A stretch of DNA of 64,000 nt, taken from NCBI GenBank assembly GCA_008632985.1, contig QPGO01000107.1, positions 124,001 to 188,000 on the forward strand, in the 5' to 3' direction. How positions within the stretch are numbered: the first letter of the stretch is position 1; each line of letters opens with the position of its first letter. This document shows positions 49,248 to 60,112 of this stretch, piece by piece. Below the pieces are notes generated by a model. That model was given only the letters and a program-made list of their open reading frames with translations. It ran no database searches and was not told where the DNA came from. Origin of the DNA: Psammoneis japonica (lineage: Eukaryota). A program made the position numbers and the translations under genes.

Positions 49248-52200
49248 CTCTTTTCCTGCTCATGCTCTGTCATTGTGTTCGCACATGAAAAATGCAGTGA
49301 CCAGTCCTTCTTCACAGTCGCAGTCTGTGTCGTCTTGTGGGTTGGGACTCCTGTTGGTCATGATGTTGTGGCAATGCTCGAGCTTTCTTGGCTCTTGTTC
49401 TTCTTCTTGGGTTCTCGCCACTCCTGCAAAGCAGACTTTCTTTGTCGTGTCACTTGTCTTTGCTTTTGCATTGTAGCTGCGTCCTGATCTTGTGGTTCGG
49501 CTTGTTGTTTCTGCCGATTCTCCTGGTTGTTTCGTCTCTTCTTGGCATTGATTTGGACTGGTGGATCCATCTTCTGCGAGGATCTCATTGGTTTCTTCAT
49601 GTTCTTCGTCAGATTCACATTCGTTGTTGCAATCGTTGTCATCATCGTTGTCGCTGTCGTCATCGTTGTCGTTGTCGTTGTCGCTGTTGTTGTCACTGTC
49701 GCTGTCGCTGTCGTCCACTCCTGCAGTCCAATCAGTGTCACGAAGATTGTCGCCATGTTTGCCGGTGAACTTGAAGTCCTTGATGCCTTGACGAGAGGCC
49801 ATGCGTTCAACCGCCAGAACGTGGGCATCGGTTGAAGGGACTGCAGTGCATTTGCAGGGGTTAAGAAGTTTCCCTGTGTGGAGATTCACAGTGCAGTGTC
49901 CCCCTTTGTCCGTGTCGCGACGGGGGCGCAGGTGGATGCTGTCGATCCCATGTGTTTCCATTGCATTCGTGGAGGAATTCTTGACATGTGAAAGAACAAA
50001 CTCACTGAAAGTGAAAGCAAAATGCTTGTTGCAGTCGAGATTCCTGCGTTGTAAGATGGCATGTGGACTGTGAACGTCCGAGATGCCCTCCTTTTGCGGA
50101 TGCACACTCAACATCACAGTGTTCTTGATTGCCGCGTGCTCACACATGAGCTCAGGCATTGCCTTGCATGGCACGTGTTGAACGGCAGCTCTTGTCCATT
50201 CCTCAATGGTTTGGACACTGCGCTCGACTTCAGGCACGTGGTCCTTGGTGTTGGCACTGACAAGTTCAATGTCCATGCCATCCGCAACGTCGGAAAGCAT
50301 CTCCTTAAATTCAGGATCACACTCAATGAAGTCAATCTTGAATGAAGCCTTGTTGCATTGGCGCAGTGTGGCATCCAGTGCGTCACACACGTGAACGTGC
50401 TTCTTGGACTTTAAACGCACGCTTGCTCGACATTTAATCGTCTTGTCAATGGAATGGAGCAGCTTGACTCCACAAACCTCCATGATGTCAATGCATGGAG
50501 CAATGCCGTCCTTCTGTCTCTCACAAAGTTCTGGCGGCAAGGAAATGATGTCGTTCCTCTCATGGGAACGGTGGGCGCGTTTGGATTTTCCTTTCACAGC
50601 GTCCACAGGTGGACCCCAAATGGCCACCATGCGATCGGCGTCTTCGGGCACAATGTCAACATTCTTGACTTGGTTTGATCGCAGGAATCACTTGCAATCC
50701 CGCAAACTGGGGATGCCAGCCTCGCAGCAGAATCGGAGAGCCTCTTTTGCCCTCGCCATCTTGCGTTTTGTGTGCCCTTTTGAGTTTTCTTTGGCAGTCG
50801 GGATCACTGTCCCAGCAACACTGCCTGGCCCACGCTTCTTGCGCTTTGATTGCTTGGATCCTGTCACACTCATGTTTGCATGTTGCTCTGCTTCTTGGAG
50901 CTCCTTCACATGATCTAGGAATCCCTCACTCGGTGCAAACGTGTGTGGGCCAATGCTGTTTGCCTTGAACACCACGACTTGCTTCCCCGACTTCTCACCC
51001 AGCAAGCAGAATTCGTCGGCCACTCGCGTGTCATGGGTCACGTCGCACTTTTTCTTGATGTCTCGTAAACTGAGGATGTTCGCAATTGCATTCTTTGTCC
51101 CGAGTTTCATGTCACCCCATCCTGGCATGGCACAGTCTTTATCCAGCGTGTCCACTCCTGTGTTCGTTGATGGGTCGATCTTGACCTTTGCTGGTCTGAT
51201 GTTGTGCACGAGGTTCCTGCTTGCTGCCATGCCAAGGGTGGATCCATTGTCGAGGATCAATTCATCTGGCTCGATGTTTGATGAGCTCTGGTTCATGCTG
51301 ACCTGTGTGCTCTCGTTCGTCACTTGCAAATGTGATGAGTGCCAAGACCTTCCATTGCCATTGGACCGCGACGACCTGACGCTGCTGATTGAATCGACGC
51401 TTGTGTCGTCGTCTTCTGAACTGTTTTCGCCAGTTCGAGCCTGTGCGTGGCTCTGCCCTGGCAGTTCGGGCTTCTTCTTGGTGTTCTTGAACCACTTGTC
51501 ACAGGGGACATCGTTGCGGTGTTTGCACTTGTTGGACTTGTGCCCCCCCACACCACAGCAATCACAGACAATTGCCTTGTCTTGTGCAGTCTGTTGTGCA
51601 TGACTCTGGTCCTTCTCATTTTTCTTGTCTTGATCGTTTCTTTTCAATTCGTTTCACTTCCCGCTTCTTTTTCGCGGATCGTTGTCCTTGGGATGATTCA
51701 ACAACACGTCCATTGCCGAATCCAAATCCTTCGGATGCGTGTCATTTCCGAGACTGCAGTCTTGCACCAGACTCTTCTCAAGACTTTTGCAACAGCAATC
51801 GTCACTGTTCTGAATGAACAGATGCGTCGTCCACATCTCACACGCGTCCTTCTTGAGTTCATCCTTTTGTGTCCTGGTTCCCATGGTGCATTCCTTGGTG
51901 TTCTCGACGAAACCATCAAGGAACCTGTCTCCCATTCCTTCTTTGGCAGCATCGCGTTGATTCTTGAATCGCGACAAGTGGTCATTTAGTGACTCATGTT
52001 CTTGGTGTCTGACGTCAAGTGAGGTGGATGAGGCCTCAGTGAACGTGTGGAATGGGTGACGACCTCTCATGGAGTCGCATGTCAGGGACTGCATCAGCTT
52101 CAACAACTTGATCGGGTCATCCCCAATCGTGTCAAAACTGGGATCTGCCTCTGCCCGCTGTCTCATTGGCTTGGAGCAGCAATCGTCTGAGATCATTGCG

Positions 52201-54799
52201 GCAGCCTTTGTCTTGTTCTTCTCAAACTCTGAGAGCTTTCCACGGCACTCACCTGGTTCCGCCATGTGCCCACAGATCAACTGTCTGTTCTCGAGCTCTC
52301 TGTCTGCATCGTCTTTGGCTGCAGATGCCTTCAGCACTGGTTTCTTGCCACTGAAATCCTTGCAGTTCATGTCTTCCAGTGAATGGGCTGAGTGCACGCC
52401 CTGTTCGCACTCCTTCTGGATGCAATGCACTGGCTTTGTCTTGACTTGCTCGAATGTTGCGTTGCGAGAGTTGCTGTTCATGGAGGACGAATGGAATTTC
52501 ATCTCCGTGGTGCAGTTCTTGCCGTTGAATGCCTTCTTCTTCAAGTTGGAAGATTTGTGGCCTTTGCTGCTGTTGCCGCGACCATTGTTGCGGTCTTTTC
52601 CTTTTCTGTGCGGGTCACTCGACCCTCTGTCACTCATTGCAACAGGCTGCTGATTGTCTCCTTTTGGACTGTAGACTTTCCATTTAATGAGCACTCCTTG
52701 CTTGTGACTCTTTAGAGTGAATTTTGAACCGACGAGTTGATGGCGGTAAACGGGAATCTTGTGAAGAATCCTCTGCTCTTGTTGTGCTCGTCCTGGTTGC
52801 TTGCACGGCTGTGGTTTGCCTGGAAGATTGCTCAACACAAACTTCATTCACTTGTCAGACATTTGTTTTAACAGACACTTCCCAGCACCGATCGACACAG
52901 ATGACAAACCAGATGATTCACTCCAAAGAGTGAGAAAGTTGTTGTTGCGTGAACGACAGATCGATGACAAAGAAGACACAGTCATCGGAATGTGCACGTC
53001 ATCGGGTTGTACACGTGTGGAGCCTCACATGTCTTTCACTTCAATTCACATGCATTCGGGTTACTTTCACCCCGCGTTCACATGCTCCAACAGTGCCACC
53101 TGGTTCACAAGGAGTGGAGAAGGGAGTCTTTGACAACAAACAGGTGATTCTGCCATGACACAAGCCTCTTGTTGCCGCTGCCGTGCAGCTGTGCCGAACT
53201 TGGAATTGTGCAGTGTCTGAACATGTCTCAGAGACGCCTGTAACATCAGCTTGAATTTCCATGGCCACTTGTGCACAATCATTGATGTCGCCACCATGGT
53301 GATCAAATGAACAGCCATTGGTGTTGAACGCACACAATCTTGTGTGTCCAGACAATTTGGGGAGCAGTGGATCACCAACAGGGTCATTCGAAGACAATCT
53401 GGTGCAGTCAATGGCAGTGGAGGGAGGGGCGCGACTTCTTCCTGACAACAACTGGGTCCACTGCTGTGCAGCGGGATCAACTGCAGACGAAGGGGCATCA
53501 CCCCTCATTCGGAGGCCGTGCTTCCTTGAAGGAAGGCTTTTGAAGACTTGCGTCTGCATCATGCAGTGGAGGCAGGTGAGACAACTGGGCCTGCCTCAAA
53601 GAAAATCTGAGTCATCCGTGTCTGTCACAGTTGCATCCCTGGGAGGATGATGAGAGGAGGGGGCTGCAGGGACCAACGCAGCTTGCTTCTTGCGCTGAGG
53701 AGAGACTGGTGTGTTTGGAACCACAGATGCAAACGTCTCTTGAATCATCGTTTGCAGCTGGGCTGTGAGAGTGGTTTGTAATTGTGTGGCCACTGCTTGC
53801 TGTGACTGGGTGGACAGCGCCGCAATTGATTCTTGGTGCTTCCCTTCTAGGGCTGCAAAATGTTTTTCTTGTTCTTGTTGGTTTTGACAAACAAGCTGTT
53901 GTAATTTGGCGATTTCCGCAGACTGGTTCATCACATCCGACATGGGGATGGCACCAGGGATGACTGCTCCAGGCTCATTCTGCAACACCTGGGAATGCGT
54001 GGGAAAACCTGCACTCACTCCGACACTTTTTGGGACTGGAGGACCTTTGGATTCTGTTGATTGAGGAGGAGCGATGGAAGCTGCTGGAGAAATGTCTGAA
54101 ATGTCTAGAGACGCCCAACTCTGAATGCTTGTGGAAGAGATGGATTGAACCCTGTCTGACATGTCATCACCAATGCCAGGGATCATGGGTTTGGGTTGGG
54201 CATCCGGGATGCCTGCCTCTGCTGCAATGGCTTCAAACCACTCTGGAAGATGTTCTGCAATGCAGTGCTTGGCTTGATGGAACAAATCCTTGTCCACAAG
54301 AATGTCGCACCTCTGGACAATGGATGGTTTCTTCAATGGGACCACGTCCAGGACTCCTGGCACCTCTTTAATTGCACCTGTCAGGCAAAAATAGTGGGCT
54401 TCAATGTGATGCAATGCCGGTGTGATGTGGGTCTTGGCACTCGTTTTATGTTGTTTGTGGGCTGCTTTGTCAAAAGCTTCTGGTTGCAAATGACGCCAGC
54501 GGGACAAGACCAACGCAAGAGGATGTTCTTTCAACACCTCCAATGAGGCGTGAATCACATCTTTTGCTTGATCATGGGGAGTTTTGATGGCATGGAAATT
54601 AGTCCGAAGAGATTGATCTGCCAGTGATGAAGCCGACTGAACTGCCAACCTGAAAGGCAATTTTGAGCGGCTGCGTTGAGGGAGAAGGGCCATTGACAAT
54701 TTTTGAGCCACATCTTTGGGGCAATGCTTTGGGAGTGGGTCAACAAGTGGAGCCACTTGTGCCAAATCAACGATGGTCTCGTCCCAGTGGTGGTGGTGC

Positions 54800-57777
54800 A
54801 TGTAGATGCCGCAGGAGCTGATGCAGGGGCTTGCTGCAAGAATGATGGAACTTGCAAGATGATAAGGCCAGCAAGGTGTAACGAGTTGGGTCGCCATTAC
54901 GTTGGAGATGGCGTCCTATGTCACCCCGAAATTTGCGACTCTGGGACAGAATGCTGCCCAACAGGCGACGAGCCGTGCTGCGGCCTCAGCTTTCTTGAAT
55001 GTCGCGATCTTGCCTTTTCCTTCGAGATGGGCTTCCAGCAGGATGTAACAGGGGACACAACGTGGAAGGAGAGAGAGGAAAACTTGATTGTTCCCATTAA
55101 TGAGGTTCTCGATGAGTCTGTCAGAAGCGAGAACACGGGTGAATTCATTGCAACCACCGGTGCGATCACGTTCAGGTTGAGGATTGACGATGTTATCAAG
55201 ACGTCCGACGAAATCATCGATGAAATCTCATTGGACATGTCTACGGATGCAGAGACCTTGGAGACAATTTCCGAGTATGACATGAAGTTGACTCTTTTCA
55301 ACGGCTCTGTGGGAGCTGATCGCTTCGTAGGCCTTGCGTTGTCCACCATCAATCCAAAGATGAACAAATTTGAAGGCTCTCTCATTTTTTTTTGGAAAAC
55401 CTCAAGACGACGACAAGGATGTTTCTCGCCATTTGCAACTCGTAGTCAGCTGCTCAGATGCATTTGATGAAGCTAAGGCTGCGTACAGATGCCCAGTTCC
55501 GGGCGACCTCCCTATCATTGACTATCGTTGTCGACGTGACCTGATTTTTGCTTGTGAAACGGCCGTTGCGGCAGCAACTGGTGAATTAGAGAGAGCAATT
55601 GAACAGGCAAGGCTGGTTAAAGAAGTGGCAGAGGCAGCGTTGACAGCAAGGAAGATTAATAAATACGTTGTCGTCGCTGCAAATTGCATACCAACTGCAA
55701 TTGGCTTCTTCGCTTATCTCGCATGCGTAGCAGTGGGCGCCGCTACAACCGCGGCGATTGACATTGCTATATCGGTTGCTATAGATAGAGCTTTTCAAGG
55801 TGCAAAGCTCTTGGCCATAGCAAATTATGATGCTATCGTTCGAGCGGCGATCGATTACATCAAACGAAGGGCGCGAACGTGCTTTCACTGTTGCAGAGAC
55901 GATCCGGATGATTGCTGTCCCGAATGTATGGAAACCGAGACTTGCTGTGAAGGAGCTTGCATTGCACCCGAAGAGTGCTGCCCGTTGTGCTTTAGCAGTG
56001 ACGAATGCTGCGAGGGATCTTGTGTGCCTAAAGATTGCTGTGGCAGCAATGATCCTTGTTGCGGTAGTCAAGATCCATGTTGTCGGGAGCCGAACGATTG
56101 GGACGAGGGCGGGAGTATGGGCGATCCTCATATAAGAACCTTTGACAATGTGGGTTTTTCTTGTCAAGGAAAGGGGGAATTCATTCTCTTTCAATCCTTG
56201 GCATCTGGTGCCGAGGTTCATGGTCGCTTCGAGAAGATACAGCACCGCTTTTTATCCCTAACTAAGGGCTTTGCCGCCATTGGAGGACCCACGAGTCCAA
56301 CTGTGGAGCTCTCTATTCCAAACAAAGATCAAAATGCCTTAGAGTTGCGCATTAACGGTGTATTGACCGATCCACGCAGTGGATACAACGATGCCAAAAT
56401 CGCAGTGACAGTAACCAGCAACAAATTCACTGTGTTTTTCAAGACAATCAAGATGTCGGTTGTCGCTCTACACATGTTGGAAAGGCCCCAGCACCTTAAT
56501 GTGTTTGTACGACTTCCCAGAGTGTTCCGAGGAGAAGAGATTATTGGGTTGTTCGGCTCTCCTGACGACAACCCTTCAAACGACTGGATTGCAGCCAACG
56601 GAACCGTTCTTCCCTTGCCAACCTCTGATCTACGTAAGCGGGCGGGCTACGAATACTGCGTATCAGAGTGGTGCATTCAAGATTCTTCTAGGTCACTGTT
56701 TTCCCACAGTAAACCCTATGACTTCTCCTTCTTCTACGGATGCGATGAGCCATACAAGCGTGACAAGTTTCGAGCCCTAGTGTCACCAGCGCTGCAAACG
56801 CTGTGTGGTACAGATGAAGCCTGTCTCATTGATGGAACAGCGCTCGGACTTGCTGGTGCTCAGAGCCTTCTAGAAACGGAAGCTGGCCTCAGCAGCTCGT
56901 CATCTTCCGCTCGGTTTCGAGCAGACCCAGCTGCTATCGTGGTACGAGCTTCCTTCAACATCGCCTTGGTTGTAAACCTAAAGTCGTCCGCCAATGATGT
57001 CAGGGATGTTGAAGCGTTCTCAGTTTATCGAGTCGACTCAGATAGTCGTGAGGTTGGACGCACAGCCATTGTCACCTTGCAGTTGGAGCGGACACTTCTG
57101 AAGGTGATTTCATCTTCTCTAACATTCTTGCAATTGAATCGGACACCCCAGGTGAATCCTTTAGCTTTCAGGCTGTCCCAATTATTGGAGGAGTAGAGAA
57201 TACTGCTTCGCCATTGGTGTTTACGGCATTGAACGCGGTACGCTCGTTTTCACTCAACTCTGGAATTGGGAGACCTATCTACCCAAATGAATCCCCTTTT
57301 CCAAAAGGATTCATCACGGTAGATTCAATCAAAGGTTTAGTTCTCGTCCTTCAGTATTCGTGGCCAGCCGATAAGACTGACTTGGACACCGCAGTACAGT
57401 TTCTTGATGTCACTGTTGGACAGTCTTGTGGTTCATCCTCTCCGTACATCAAATTCAGCGGAGACCGTAAAGCAGAAGGTATTGAGGTGGCTCGTATCCT
57501 TCTCGGCGAGTCCAACGAGGATGGCCAATGGAAGAAAGTCAAGGTTGAATATTTTGCCGGTTGGTTCGGTTCTACGAACCAAGGGCCGGCTTCAATTACG
57601 GCTTATACCGAAAGAAACCTGAAAGACGGTAGTACTGAAGTGGGCAATAACGCAGTGTCGCTTCCCATCAATCCAGGGGCTCAAGGTGGTTGCACGTCCG
57701 CAAATGTTGGTACCGCATTCGTTAACATTGGAAAGAATGGCACCGTCCGAATTGAGCTCGTATCATTTGCAAGCTGA
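54800..57777 (+). pseudogene. Cys-rich von Willebrand factor type D domain protein, 5'-disrupted and frameshifted
   Basis: GACC..DGTC...GDG..C module, Cys-rich repeats, VWD GDPHIRTFD...CQGKGEF...GLFGSPD. Frameshifts at the T9 run 55385-55393 and at ~57080. No native start before the LINE junction. Confidence 0.7.
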
Positions 57778-58491
57778 CAAGGTTGTGTTTAACGCAACGT
57801 GAGATGCAAAAGATATGCCGCCCCTTCGTGCATTGCAATTTGTCTTCAACCATCTGTGTATTTTGTATGAACTTTCACATGTTTCATTTCGTTGGTTCTT
57901 GGATTCGAAGAATTGAGCAAAAAAAAAATGCCGCCTAGAAATCAACCAGCATGTGCATTGATACATCATATTCTTCCCAATCGATAATACACCGACTCGG
58001 GATCTTGGTTCTTGATGAAGGCGTCTTCCTGGGCCAAGCTCTCGATGAATGTTCTTTTAATCTTTTACACATGCTAATAGCACCTTTTGCATACGACTGA
58101 CTCCCATTCACGTAAGGTATGTGACACTGCGTGCACTGATCCTGGAAAGTAATGCTCTACTAGGTGTTCTGAGTTGCGACGCATCAATCCGCTCACAGCA
58201 AGAGCTTTGCGGTATCTACTGCTGCGGTTCTTTTCATCATCATGGTCAGGTCGCGTTGCGTAGCAGAAAAAAAGTCTGATGGATGGACATGGATTCGATT
58301 CTGCAAGCAGCAGACCCACAGATCATTCTGATCCGTTGACTGCCTAACCAAGAACCACTAATTTAGGCCCTACGCCGGATGTGACACCATTTTATATCCT
58401 AACTTGGCTCTTGGTAGTAGCTAGCTCTAGAGTCTACTTCTCACTGCATTCTGTCGCATAAAAAAACATCATGAATCTATGGACGCATTAG

Positions 58492-59898
58492 TCAGTTTGA
58501 AGTTGAACCCGAGAATTCCTTTACAATGCAATCGGTGCCACCCGCATAAATAATACCATTCTTGCCGTAGGTAAGACACAGCCCCTTTTCCTCCTTTTCA
58601 TGTGCTCTCACACTGAAGAGGGGCAATGATGATCGGATATCCCAAATCTTGATTGCACCGTCATGGCTAGTAGATGCCAAAACGTAAGGATTCGTTGGAG
58701 ACCACTTGACACCGGATATCCACGCCTTGTGTCGGGGTTTCAATGTAGTATCTGTGGTGATACTACTACTTGCTTCACCAGTACTTTTGCCCACACGCAC
58801 ATCCCAAAGTCGAACGGTGCAGTCCGGATGTCCTGTTGCAACCACTTGGGAGTGTCGCGACGTATCCATGCATGACACAACGCGAGATCCGTTCAGTGTC
58901 AGAAGGCAATCTTGCCCTTCCATGTCCCAAACCTTTATGCTATGATCCCAACTCGAAGTTACTAGACTATTGGAGGAAATCCATGATACGGCACTAATGT
59001 TGGAGGAATGAGCTTGCAACACAGCCTTTGGAGCCACGGTGGGTGTGGCTACCTTGGTTTTTCGTTCCGTGCTGGCAGTTTTCGTTTGCTTCCTACTGGG
59101 TTCCTCTTGAGTAACGTTGTCTGCTTGAACATTTTTATAGTCCCAAAGGCAAAGTCCACCGTCCCAATCGCCACTCGACATGAGATTACCTTCCTTTTGC
59201 AAATCAACACAGTTTATCGAGCTGCTGTGACCATCCGTGTATTCGGCGTGAGGACTCATCTCTGAGTCCGCAAACGAGTGCGTAACGAGACTATGGTCTA
59301 GCGATCCCGTAGCAATCGTCAATACCTCGCTCGTATCATCATGTGCAATCGCCAGGCACTTTATGGGACCCGAATGAGCTGTCGCAGTAGCCAAGCATTC
59401 CAACGCCGCCGTGTCGTTGTTCGTTTTAAAGAGCGAAATGGCACCGCTGTAGTTCCCACTCACTAAATAGCCGCTATTGTATTCCAAGCCAGATATCCAA
59501 TCGGGTTGAGGGTCGCTCTCACCCTGATGTTTGGGTGCTGTTTCGGCGGGAAAATAGGTGATTTTTACCGTCTGTTCCAAACTCATGCCGTGTCGTCGTG
59601 CTGCGGTTTCGACTCCGGTTCTCAACAACTTGTTGGAAATCAAAAAGTCAAAGGGAATCACATCATCCTCGTCATCTTCTACACGATCCAACAAGTGATT
59701 AATGACGGCCGACAGGCCCTTGCGACCTACACCCGAAGGCACGGCAATCGGTTCCGATGGGACACGAAGCGATTCATCGGATATCGATGGATCCAATTCG
59801 AATGAAATTCTTACTTGCTCGCCTTCGTTTTCTTCGTTTGAAGAGTCATCACTTTTGTCGTTCATCGAACGATCATCCTCCTCCTTCAAAGCCGCCAT
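58492..59898 (-). CDS. WDR12: Ribosome biogenesis protein WDR12/YTM1
   Basis: N-terminal NLE-like domain (IAVP...LSAVINHLL...PFDFLI...LLRT) followed by WD40 repeats. Start uncertain. Confidence 0.9.
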   Translation of the reverse strand: MAALKEEDDRSMNDKSDDSSNEENEGEQVRISFELDPSISDESLRVPSEPIAVPSGVGRKGLSAVINHLLDRVEDDEDDVIPFDFLISNKLLRTGVETAARRHGMSLEQTVKITYFPAETAPKHQGESDPQPDWISGLEYNSGYLVSGNYSGAISLFKTNNDTAALECLATATAHSGPIKCLAIAHDDTSEVLTIATGSLDHSLVTHSFADSEMSPHAEYTDGHSSSINCVDLQKEGNLMSSGDWDGGLCLWDYKNVQADNVTQEEPSRKQTKTASTERKTKVATPTVAPKAVLQAHSSNISAVSWISSNSLVTSSWDHSIKVWDMEGQDCLLTLNGSRVVSCMDTSRHSQVVATGHPDCTVRLWDVRVGKSTGEASSSITTDTTLKPRHKAWISGVKWSPTNPYVLASTSHDGAIKIWDIRSSLPLFSVRAHEKEEKGLCLTYGKNGIIYAGGTDCIVKEFSGSTSN

Positions 59899-60112
59899 GG
59901 TGCTTTCAAGTTGTATTTTCAGCTTGTGGTCGCAAGTGTTGGTCGATGGTCGAGTCGTCGGAACAAAAAGTGAGCTCGGTTCCATGGTGGCCCATTGGGT
60001 TATGAGATCCCGACAGCAAAGAGACCCGGAAAGATTGCTATTATTTTCGAAATTTCGGTGTTCGGTGTTCGGCACTCCACAATGTTGTGTGGCCGCTGTT
60101 ATTTTCGACACA

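Larger units (their letters stand above)
45650..53092 (-). mobile_element. Full-length Ty1/Copia (CoDi-like) LTR retrotransposon with an extra 3' ORF
   Basis: 371-bp LTRs at 45650-46020 and 52722-53092; TSD GTGCC (45645-45649 / 53093-53097). gag 51654-52640, zinc knuckle and protease (ILDNGS) 50688-51647, integrase (CDPEF, HVPEVER) 49260-50651, RT/RNase H 47559-49247. Confidence 0.95.
39870..54800 (-). mobile_element. Degenerate non-LTR retrotransposon (APE-RT-RNase H, Ambal-like), interrupted by a Copia element and a solo LTR
   Basis: ORF1-like 53596-54800; APE FNTNG...GVSE (~53230-53330, resuming at 45649); RT FKEPG...VIHICKADF, DFTSCFD, GTGQGSGNSP, GFADD; RNase H SDGS, SCRAEACG, CDN, WLKGHQD, NVRAD; CxxC...HxxxC knuckle. 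Ends approximate. Confidence 0.88.

Noticed and set aside
45650..53092. ADAR-type RNA editing or an alternative genetic code
   Set aside because: Changes occur on both strands, differ between the LTRs and affect satellite and DNA elements. Neighbouring genes use Tyr codons normally.
10180..54800. Hundreds of Cys/His-rich ORFs in all six frames as novel genes
   Set aside because: Explained by loss of TAA/TAG and Tyr codons through TpA conversion; most are antisense or off-frame to TE domains.
1..54800. Classical RIP or simple CpG deamination as the cause of the TG/CA excess
   Set aside because: RIP raises TpA. CpG decay is present but cannot turn Tyr into Cys/His or explain TA-versus-TG/CA pairs.
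54703..54897. Genuine fusion of LINE ORF1 with the VWD gene
   Set aside because: The two are on opposite strands; the frames merely read through the junction because stops are depleted.
59702..60111. Overlapping N-termini of WDR12 and the PPR gene
   Set aside because: These are ORF-caller extensions. Plausible starts at 59898 (-) and 60113 (+) leave a ~215-bp divergent promoter.
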